32,097 nucleotides of DNA from an uncultured Pseudomonadales bacterium. Lineage in GTDB: Bacteria; Patescibacteriota; Microgenomatia; UBA1400; RBG-16-45-19. The DNA lies in the NCBI GenBank assembly GCA_964557365.1, contig CAZKZW010000004.1, positions 1 through 32,097 of the forward strand, in the 5' to 3' direction. The translations under genes and the position numbers were made by a program. The notes under the pieces are model-generated. The model had not been told where the DNA came from. It worked only from the letters and a program-made list of their open reading frames with translations, and did not search any database. Below, one piece after another: positions 8,443-15,485 of the stretch. Position 1 is the first letter of the stretch; the number at the start of each line of letters is the position of its first letter.

Positions 8443-9406
8443 TTATATTCGTTCTTTATGCTCACTTCTTCTCTCATTGGGGATTATTCTTGGCGTGGTT
8501 CTTCCTGTACAAGCTGCCAGTAATCTGGCGATCAGACTTGAGGAACCAAAAACGCCTACCAACGACAGTGATTTTCCGGTTACATTTGTAGTTTTGGATA
8601 TGGTGGGGGGCAGAGATGTGACCGTGTCATGCTATCGCCAATATGAGGGTGGACCTGTAGGTAGCTTTGATACAGCTCATGTTATGTCAGCAAATGGCAA
8701 CACAGGCACTTGTCATGTCACTTCTCAAGTGTTTTCTGCGGGGGGAACATACACGTTGACTGCCACAGCTGTGGCTGGAGCAGATACTGCAAGTGATAGT
8801 GTGACGGTAACATACAACACAGATCATCCTGGTGACCCACGAGATTATTCGAAAAACCGTGTGGATAGTTGTCATTATTCCATTCATTTTAAAACTGCCG
8901 ATGATGGCGGTAAAACGGCTAAAGTAGAAGTATACCGATCTGACTCAACTGATTTCACAGCCGATGAAGGTCATCGGGTAGCTGAAATTGGAATTGGTTC
9001 AAACACTCAAAAGGATATCACTGATACAATTCCTGACTGCAACAAAAATTACTACTATGCACTCCGCGCCTTTAATACAGCTGGAAACGGCTCTGGAATT
9101 GTGGGCGATGAAGAGATTAAATCAATTGAAAAGAGTTCCTCTACTACCACCACAACAACTTCAACAACTAGACAAGGAGCGATTCCTGTATCTCAAGGAC
9201 AAATTTTGGGAGTTGAGAACGCAACGAGTCCCGCATCACCATCCCCTGCAAGTGAAGCAGGTAAAGTTCTTGGTGAGGTCGGTGAAGTTGGAACCGAGAA
9301 TCAAACGCTATCTCTTTTCACCCGATTTCCCCAATTAAAGTGGATTCTCGGAGCAGGAGTGATCATACTATCTTTGGTATGGGTACGTCGAAACCGAAAT
9401 CAGTAA
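8435..9406 (+). CDS. Secreted/tail-anchored FN3-like domain protein (323 aa)
   Basis: Signal-like N-terminus (LCSLLLSLGIILGVVLPVQAAS). FN3-like segment (YSIHFKTADDGG…VEVYRSD…YYYALRAFNTAGNGS). Thr-rich linker SSSTTTTTTSTT. C-terminal helix ILGAGVIILSLVWV plus RRNRNQ. AAGGA SD at 8424-8428. The start overlaps the giant gene's stop by 8 nt. Confidence 0.8.
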   Translation: MNNYIRSLCSLLLSLGIILGVVLPVQAASNLAIRLEEPKTPTNDSDFPVTFVVLDMVGGRDVTVSCYRQYEGGPVGSFDTAHVMSANGNTGTCHVTSQVFSAGGTYTLTATAVAGADTASDSVTVTYNTDHPGDPRDYSKNRVDSCHYSIHFKTADDGGKTAKVEVYRSDSTDFTADEGHRVAEIGIGSNTQKDITDTIPDCNKNYYYALRAFNTAGNGSGIVGDEEIKSIEKSSSTTTTTTSTTRQGAIPVSQGQILGVENATSPASPSPASEAGKVLGEVGEVGTENQTLSLFTRFPQLKWILGAGVIILSLVWVRRNRNQ

Positions 9407-9984
9407 CCTGGTCATCTTTCCTTTTTTTCAGCAGCATTATGTTGCTTGTGGTGGGAATACTGTTGTTTGGATATGTATATTACCCCGTGGTTCAATCAGA
9501 AATTCACTATCAAACAAAACATATTGCTACAGAAATTGTGCCTGTGGATAGCCAACTTGGCATTATCATTCCTAAAATTGATGCAAATGCACCTATTATT
9601 CCTCATATAAGCCCAACCGACAGTGCTGTATACCAACAGGCATTAACTAAGGGTGTAGCTCACGCCGCGGGTACTGTGTTACCAGGAGATCGTGGAACAT
9701 CTTTTTTGTTTTCTCATTCGTCGGTAAATATTTTGCAGGCAAGAACATATAATTCCGTGTTTTACCTACTTCACCATGTTGATGTTGGTGATGAAATTAC
9801 CATATACCGCTTAGGGACACCGCTTCATTTTAAAATTGAATCAAAAAAAGTGGTGGAACCTTCGGCGATATCCTATTTAACAGAAACAAGTGATTATCCA
9901 CGGCTCATTCTCATGACTTGTTGGCCCGCTGGAACCGACTTAAAACGACTCGTTGTCGAAGCAGTGTTATCGAACCCAAGATAA
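9379..9984 (+). CDS. Sortase (transpeptidase, cysteine type)
   Basis: N-terminal TM (WSSFLFFSSIMLLVVGILLFGYVYY). Catalytic His in TSFLFSHS, Cys in LILMTCWP (TGT 9919-9921) and Arg in LKRLVVEA, in the canonical order. The track ORF begins at GTG 9340; I chose the first ATG at 9379. Either start overlaps the upstream gene, and the start is uncertain. Confidence 0.85.
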   Translation: MGTSKPKSVTWSSFLFFSSIMLLVVGILLFGYVYYPVVQSEIHYQTKHIATEIVPVDSQLGIIIPKIDANAPIIPHISPTDSAVYQQALTKGVAHAAGTVLPGDRGTSFLFSHSSVNILQARTYNSVFYLLHHVDVGDEITIYRLGTPLHFKIESKKVVEPSAISYLTETSDYPRLILMTCWPAGTDLKRLVVEAVLSNPR

Positions 9985-10467
9985 TATCTTTGTTTTGACA
10001 GTTGCTGATTTCCCAAATTCCATTACCACGACTGTTTTTGTTCCTTCCGGGTACACGACATCACCAATTGCCATTCCTACTTCAGTAAATCCTTGACTAA
10101 GAAGATTACTCTTGTGTGTGGGTGAATTCAACCACGCATTCACAACATCGTTTCCAGAATGAAGATTCATGGCTAAGTTTTCACCAATGAGACCCCGATA
10201 TCCTGTTTGCTTGATGAATGATTTCCAATCAGTTTTGGTGACCGGATTGTTGTGATTCCAGTACTTATATTGTTGAATATCTGCAAGTTTTGCATATGCT
10301 GCTTGCTCGAGCTTGCTGTTTGTCGTAAATGAGGTTAAGTTCTGTTCTTTTCGTACTTCATTGACAACATTTAGTACATCACCTGATGATAATGCGAAGA
10401 CAGGCTTAGCCGCTCCAGTAAAAAGAACTACCAGTGTTGCCAGTTGAGTGATTACGGACCATTTCAT
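9967..10467 (-). CDS. Secreted CAP/SCP (PR-1/YkwD-like) domain protein
   Basis: Signal peptide (ATLVVLFTGAAKPVFA-LSS). CAP-type motifs VVNEVRKEQNL, GENLA, NAWLNSPTHKSNLL and FTEVGMAI. Confidence 0.8.
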   Translation of the reverse strand: MKWSVITQLATLVVLFTGAAKPVFALSSGDVLNVVNEVRKEQNLTSFTTNSKLEQAAYAKLADIQQYKYWNHNNPVTKTDWKSFIKQTGYRGLIGENLAMNLHSGNDVVNAWLNSPTHKSNLLSQGFTEVGMAIGDVVYPEGTKTVVVMEFGKSATVKTKILSWVR

Positions 10468-10513
10468 GGCCGCATTTAACCAAGGGACAATCTGTCAATG
10501 CTTGATCGCTATT

Positions 10514-10531
10514 ATGACATTTATATGTCAT
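10514..10531. promoter_or_regulatory. Perfect 7-bp inverted repeat (ATGACAT-ttat-ATGTCAT), a candidate operator in the divergent promoter region
   Basis: Arms at 10514-10520 and 10525-10531. The left arm overlaps a minus-strand TGtCATAAT element (10511-19). The repeat sits in the -35 zone of the plus-strand promoter at 10545-10553. Confidence 0.35.
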
Positions 10532-10544
10532 TATTGTTGATTTA

Positions 10545-10553
10545 TGATATAAT
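10545..10553 (+). promoter_or_regulatory. Extended -10 element (TGaTATAAT) of the wHTH regulator gene
   Basis: TG 10545-46 and TATAAT 10548-53. The ATG at 10564 lies 10 nt downstream, with no SD. Confidence 0.5.
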
Positions 10554-10563
10554 ATGATTTAGT

Positions 10564-11733
10564 ATGATTACTAATGATTCGCTGGTTGTAACCACCCAAT
10601 TCGCCGAACATAGTGTGAAATGGCAACGTCTGTTGGAATCCGGCGAAAGTGTCGTTGTTATTTTCCCCCGTTTGAGTGATAGATTTTTTAGAATCTTTCA
10701 ATGGACTTCCCAACTCAACTTAGAAAAATATTTTCCTGTTCACATTGATCTTCAAACCAAATTTTTTGAAGAATCTAGTGATTTGGAACAATTTATTTTG
10801 CATACAATGCCGACGGAAACACAGGCGGATTCTCTACAAACGTCTCTTCATAAACTGAAAAAACGAATTGTACTTGTCATATCGAATGGAGAAGCACTTC
10901 AAGGACCTCAACAAGACCGTATAAAATATCTGCTACAACAACTGTTGTTAACACACAGTGGGTCGATAGTCACTTTGATTGCGTTTGAAACAGACGTGCG
11001 TCAACTCTTTGACAATCATCATGAATTAAATCTTTTATTTCAAAATATCTTGTATTACCCACTCTATCCTAATGATGATATTGCTCTGTTTTTGAACTAC
11101 TTATGTAGAAAATGGGCGTTGAAAATGCCTGCTCCAACACGTCGCTCAATAGCATCTGCTTCTGGTGGATCATTCTGGCTGGCGAAAGAGGCTGCCCGTG
11201 TATATCGAGAGAATCAAACTTGGGATCAAAGTGCTGAGAGCTTTCAATATCGATTGAGCATGTTGGCAAAATCATTTACCGATGATGAAGTGGTAATAAT
11301 GACTGCTGTGCCATTTATTTCTGCATTTGAAACCACGCTACCTTACCGTTATTTAAAACAGTCTGGATTTATTACGGAAACTAACCAATTGAGAATTCCT
11401 GCGTTATTACCCCATATACAACGATTAACTCATTCACAAGAATTACTCCAAATAAACCACAGTGATGTGGAATATAAAGGGGTGTCGCTCACTCATCTTC
11501 TTTCTCCAACTGAATACTCGTTACTCAAACTGTTTATTTCTCGTCCAAATACTCCGATTGATCGAGATACGATTGCTCAGATAATCTGGCCAACAAAAAC
11601 TGAAGATAACTTTTCTCAATGGGCTATTGATCAAGCGGTAAAACGCTTGCGAGATCGGCTCATATCGCTTCGGCTGCCCCCGACGACTATTAGTTCTGTA
11701 CGAGGGGTGGGGTATGAGTATCGAACGAACTGA
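10564..11733 (+). CDS. Orphan OmpR/PhoB-type winged-helix DNA-binding protein with a ~290-aa N-terminal domain of unknown function
   Basis: The C-terminus (LSPTEYSLLKLFISRPNTPIDRDTIAQIIW…AIDQAVKRLRDRL…SSVRGVGYEY) matches the trans_reg_C pattern. There is no receiver-domain signature and no Walker A (GxxxxGK[ST]) anywhere in the protein. Confidence 0.8.
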   Translation: MITNDSLVVTTQFAEHSVKWQRLLESGESVVVIFPRLSDRFFRIFQWTSQLNLEKYFPVHIDLQTKFFEESSDLEQFILHTMPTETQADSLQTSLHKLKKRIVLVISNGEALQGPQQDRIKYLLQQLLLTHSGSIVTLIAFETDVRQLFDNHHELNLLFQNILYYPLYPNDDIALFLNYLCRKWALKMPAPTRRSIASASGGSFWLAKEAARVYRENQTWDQSAESFQYRLSMLAKSFTDDEVVIMTAVPFISAFETTLPYRYLKQSGFITETNQLRIPALLPHIQRLTHSQELLQINHSDVEYKGVSLTHLLSPTEYSLLKLFISRPNTPIDRDTIAQIIWPTKTEDNFSQWAIDQAVKRLRDRLISLRLPPTTISSVRGVGYEYRTN

Positions 11734-13510
11734 ATCATTGTTTCCTCAAGAGAATTTAAAAAGAGTCGATCACTACATTCTTGATAAGAATGCACCGTAT
11801 CTCGATCCTCAACAGGGGTTTTTAAGTCCTGAATTGGCAGTTGCAGGAAAAGTGGATATTCCTAATTTCATAAACTATTTTTTAACAGCTTGTTACAAAT
11901 CACAAATTTCAAAAGTGGATGTGGGCGGTAGTGTCATGGAGGACACTGATCCTCAAGCGTATTGGGATATCAAAAAAAAGTTTATCAATATGTCGAGCAT
12001 CATTTCGAAAATTCCAGAAGGTCCTCGCCACGATGTTATTACAAAAGCACTCCAATCTCTCGCTACAGGTGACCCTGATTTGGATATCTATTTTCGAAAT
12101 GAAAATCAGCTGGAAAATCTTTACGAGACATTGCAGAGAATGTTGTCGTGCGGTCATTCTGATGCAGGCATCTATTCATTTTCCAATGCATTTAATTGCA
12201 CTCTTTCATACGGTCAGATATCTGAATCAAATCCGGTAAAACGGCTTTGCTTTCAGCTCTTGGCTAAAGACGGCAAAAAGATATTTCATGTCGATGGAAC
12301 AACTGTTTCAAAGACAGGAGAGTCAGCTTCAAATAACCGACGCGTCTTTGCAAGCACATACCAAGAATCTGTCTGTAGAAGTATGGATATCGAACTTTTT
12401 CAGGGTTGGGCTCAAGGACACATCAATATGGCCCCAAAAATTATTCCCCGATCGTCACATATTGATATGGAAAAGACACCGGCAGCACAACTGGAAACAG
12501 TGATGCGAGATATCCGAAAAATTCAACTCCACCGCTTGAGTAATTCAAATGATTACACCCGGGTTACCAATGTTACTGACATCATTGACCCTTTTTCTGT
12601 TTTTAATATCATGGCAACTTGCTCAAAAAGTGAAAACGCATCCTTGTTTGAAAACCAATCCTCAATTCAACAAGAGATGTGGTATAAGGAAGCATTCACC
12701 ATTCTCATGACTGATTTGGGGGGGTTAGATACACTGTTTCAGTTAAGGTTGCTTCCCCATATTTTTGGACTTAACTTGTCTAGAAAAGATGTTTTGGACA
12801 TTTATTCATATTGCGTATTTTTTCCTGACGAGATTCAACCGTCCGATCATCCAAAGTTGCGAAATCACTCTGTGTCCGATATTCAACAATCTATAAAAAA
12901 TTTCCACCAATTGCCTACGTCTTCAGGAGACCGAAATGGGTTGCTTGCATTTGTAAAAGCTTTGGGATTAGTCCGTCAAGTGGATGATGGTTTTGCCGTA
13001 TTAACAGATCCAGAAAAATATCCTGCTCAAAAAGCCTTAAACGAGCCCAAATCACCCTACCTAAAACGGATAAAAAATATAATTGACAACAATCCTGGTA
13101 TACCCGCAAAAATGTCACATACTTTCTACAGATATCTATATCCAGAAAAAGAATTGTCTCAAGATGATTACAACCGGGTGATTGCACAGCTTATCATAGG
13201 AGGTTACGTTGAAGTGATAAAAAGAGCAACGATAATTGAGGGGAAACGGATGGAAATCCGCTTTTTATACCCTGCTGAAATAACAACGCTATCAAATCAT
13301 GAATTTTTAACTGAACAAGCAATTCAATCACTTCGGGTGACTGATCTTGAAAGTCAATCTGACGACAGTATCTTGTTTAGAGATAGCGCATTGTTACTCA
13401 ATCTAATTTCTCACCTCGATGAATGGCAACAAGAGATAGCTCATAAACCACCTGATAATCCACTAAAACCTTGGTTTGATGAACAGCGCGATGCAGAACT
13501 TTTTAAATAG
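11714..13510 (+). CDS. Hypothetical cytoplasmic protein (598 aa), no recognisable family
   Basis: Long uninterrupted ORF. GAGGGG SD-like run at 11702-11707. The start overlaps the regulator gene by 20 nt. No signal peptide, TM or P-loop. Two winged-helix-like stretches lie near the C-terminus (LLAFVKALGLVRQVDDGFAVLT; VIAQLIIGGYVEVIKRATIIEGKRMEIRF); this is a weak inference. Confidence 0.7.
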   Translation: MSIERTESLFPQENLKRVDHYILDKNAPYLDPQQGFLSPELAVAGKVDIPNFINYFLTACYKSQISKVDVGGSVMEDTDPQAYWDIKKKFINMSSIISKIPEGPRHDVITKALQSLATGDPDLDIYFRNENQLENLYETLQRMLSCGHSDAGIYSFSNAFNCTLSYGQISESNPVKRLCFQLLAKDGKKIFHVDGTTVSKTGESASNNRRVFASTYQESVCRSMDIELFQGWAQGHINMAPKIIPRSSHIDMEKTPAAQLETVMRDIRKIQLHRLSNSNDYTRVTNVTDIIDPFSVFNIMATCSKSENASLFENQSSIQQEMWYKEAFTILMTDLGGLDTLFQLRLLPHIFGLNLSRKDVLDIYSYCVFFPDEIQPSDHPKLRNHSVSDIQQSIKNFHQLPTSSGDRNGLLAFVKALGLVRQVDDGFAVLTDPEKYPAQKALNEPKSPYLKRIKNIIDNNPGIPAKMSHTFYRYLYPEKELSQDDYNRVIAQLIIGGYVEVIKRATIIEGKRMEIRFLYPAEITTLSNHEFLTEQAIQSLRVTDLESQSDDSILFRDSALLLNLISHLDEWQQEIAHKPPDNPLKPWFDEQRDAELFK

Positions 13511-13997
13511 TCTCACAATAATGTATTTTTTGTATCTCTACCGTGATTTCTCCAGATGGAGTTGATACGGTCACTTTATCGCCGGCTTTTTTTCCCATAA
13601 CCGCTTTGCCCATTGGACTAAAAACCGACAACTTTTTCTCTGCTGGATTCGATTCATACCCACTGACCAGAGTAAATGTCATCTCTTTTCCTTGATTATC
13701 AAGAGTGACCGTGGAGCCAAAATCAACTGTGCCATCATTTTTCGTTTTGGTCACTTCACCAAAACGGAGCTGGAATGACAGTTTTCTCAATTGGCGATCA
13801 ATGGAGCCGAGTTCAAATTTAGCTGCATGATACGCGCCGTTTTCAGATAAGTCGCCCATTTCTCGCGCAGCTTGCAGTCGAATTAGTACCTCTTTTCGCT
13901 CCGCGGTGAGTCGATCAAAATCAGCTTGAAATTGTTTGTATCCTTCTTCAGATAGTTGGATTCGCGGTAAATCTTTTTTTGTGAGCGGTTGTTTCAT
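13503..13997 (-). CDS. greA: Transcription elongation factor GreA
   Basis: Hallmark REMGDLSENGAYHAAK coiled-coil tip and C-terminal globular domain (SPMGKAVMGKKAGDKVTV…GEITVEI). I chose the start at the second Met (13997) because it sits 6 nt after TATAAT (14009-14004) and avoids overlap with the divergent gene. Confidence 0.9.
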   Translation of the reverse strand: MKQPLTKKDLPRIQLSEEGYKQFQADFDRLTAERKEVLIRLQAAREMGDLSENGAYHAAKFELGSIDRQLRKLSFQLRFGEVTKTKNDGTVDFGSTVTLDNQGKEMTFTLVSGYESNPAEKKLSVFSPMGKAVMGKKAGDKVTVSTPSGEITVEIQKIHYCETI

Positions 13998-14032
13998 ACG
14001 TGTATTATATGAGGTATGACGCAAAACACCAA
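13979..14032. promoter_or_regulatory. Interdigitated divergent promoters of greA and the metallophosphatase gene
   Basis: Plus strand: TTGTGA (13979-84), 18 nt, TATTAT (14003-08), 7 nt, ATG 14016. Minus strand: TTGGTG (14032-27), 17 nt, TATAAT (14009-04), 6 nt, ATG 13997. The two -10 hexamers occupy almost the same base pairs on opposite strands. Confidence 0.45.
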
Positions 14033-15485
14033 AAAGATCACCATTTTACACAGTAATGACATGCATGGAGACTTCCTGGCAGAAGTAAAGGCTGGTAAAG
14101 GTAAATTGATTGGTGGCTTAGCTTTACTATCCGGGTATCTCAACAAGGTGCGACAAGAAGAAGACCATGTGTTGTATGTCATTGCAGGAGATATGGTACA
14201 AGGATCACTCATTGATACTGAATATAAAGGCATTTCCACGATTGAAATCATGAATTATTTAAGTCCTGATGTGGTAGCACTCGGGAATCATGAATTTGAT
14301 TACGGATTACCTCATCTTTTGTTCTTGGAAAAGGTAGCCAACTTTCCTATTGTGAACGCAAATCTCTATATGAAGGGATTTGGTAAACGAATGATGAGGC
14401 CTTACCATGTCATCAACATTGCAGGCTTAGATATTCTATTTACTGGTATTATCACTGAAAAGATTCTCGACGCTCTGAAACAAGATTCGCTGATTGGTAG
14501 TTTTGTGTCCCTTGAGGAAGCTAGCCAGGAAGTGGGGAAAATCTGCAATGCGTATAAGGACGACGATATTGATTTAACGGTACTCTTGACGCATATCGGT
14601 CTGGAATCTGATAAAGAATTAGCTACGTTACTCAAACCTGAATGGGGTGTGGATATGATTATTGGAGGACACTCACACACGTTTATGGAACAACCAGAAA
14701 AAGTGAATGACGTACTGATTGCTCAAGCGGGAAATGGAACTGATCAAATTGGTCGGTATGACTTGATTATTGATGATGACACAAACCGGATCATTGATTA
14801 CACTTGGCAATTAATCCCCATAACCGAAGAACTTGTGGAGCCAGATCATAAAATGGAAGCATTTATCGCTGGTTTTAAAGATGAGGTGGACCGGAAATAC
14901 AACGTCGTGCTGACAAAATTTTCCCGGCAAATGATACACCCGAAACGTGAGGAGGAAACAACTTTGGGCAATCTTCTGGCAGATGCGTTTGCAGAAGCAG
15001 TTGGTTGTGATGTAATGCTTTTGGGGAGTGGCTCTGTTCGATCGAAAAAAATGGGGCCGGTGGTAACGCTCATGGATTTTCGAGCATGTTTTCCCTATGA
15101 CGATTCAATTATTCGTTATACGATATCTGGAACACAATTACGGAAGATTTTTTCTCATATCATGCGCTCAGAAAACCGTAATTCTGAAGGAGAATGCTAT
15201 CAGGTGAATCATGCGGTGCGTGCAGTGTATGATGATTCGTCAAAGACACTGCTTTCTCTAACATTACATGGTAGTGAAGTAATGGATGATCAACAGGTAA
15301 CTGTGGCATTACAAGGCTATCACGCTACAAACTCAGCCACATATCTCAACATCAATCCGGAAGCATTGGTAGCAAGTGGTCCGCATAAAGTGATCACCAC
15401 ATCCGCGCAACAAGTGTTGGAGGAATACCTCAAAAACCATCAAAACATGAAGTGTGATATTGAAGGCCGGTTGGTATATCAATAA
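14016..15485 (+). CDS. Bifunctional metallophosphatase / 5'-nucleotidase family protein (no signal peptide)
   Basis: Calcineurin-like metallophosphoesterase motifs ILHSNDMHG, AGDMVQG, GNHEFD and GGHSH, plus a C-terminal 5'-nucleotidase-type domain (LGNLLADA…). Confidence 0.85.
   Translation: MTQNTKKITILHSNDMHGDFLAEVKAGKGKLIGGLALLSGYLNKVRQEEDHVLYVIAGDMVQGSLIDTEYKGISTIEIMNYLSPDVVALGNHEFDYGLPHLLFLEKVANFPIVNANLYMKGFGKRMMRPYHVINIAGLDILFTGIITEKILDALKQDSLIGSFVSLEEASQEVGKICNAYKDDDIDLTVLLTHIGLESDKELATLLKPEWGVDMIIGGHSHTFMEQPEKVNDVLIAQAGNGTDQIGRYDLIIDDDTNRIIDYTWQLIPITEELVEPDHKMEAFIAGFKDEVDRKYNVVLTKFSRQMIHPKREEETTLGNLLADAFAEAVGCDVMLLGSGSVRSKKMGPVVTLMDFRACFPYDDSIIRYTISGTQLRKIFSHIMRSENRNSEGECYQVNHAVRAVYDDSSKTLLSLTLHGSEVMDDQQVTVALQGYHATNSATYLNINPEALVASGPHKVITTSAQQVLEEYLKNHQNMKCDIEGRLVYQ

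Noticed and set aside
9136-9165. Thr-codon-rich stretch (SSSTTTTTTSTT) as a possible DNA microsatellite.
   Set aside because: The codons are mixed (act/acc/aca), not a perfect nucleotide repeat. It is best explained as a glycosylation-prone or flexible protein linker.
8988-9338. 116-aa alternative-frame ORF inside the FN3-like gene.
   Set aside because: It overlaps a better-supported frame (signal peptide, FN3 pattern, tail anchor). It has no start context, and its sequence is Leu/Gln/Lys-rich noise.
10493-10498. Perfect TTGACA on the minus strand upstream of the CAP-domain gene.
   Set aside because: There is no acceptable -10 hexamer at 16-18 nt. The nearest, TTAAAT, is 13 nt away. The TGtCATAAT element at 10511-19 is a better candidate, so I did not call this a promoter.
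12480-12540. RKIQLH (Rx4H) string in the 598-aa protein as a possible HEPN RNase motif.
   Set aside because: It is a single short pattern without the surrounding helical HEPN context that I can verify by eye. I mention it only as something to test, not as a call.
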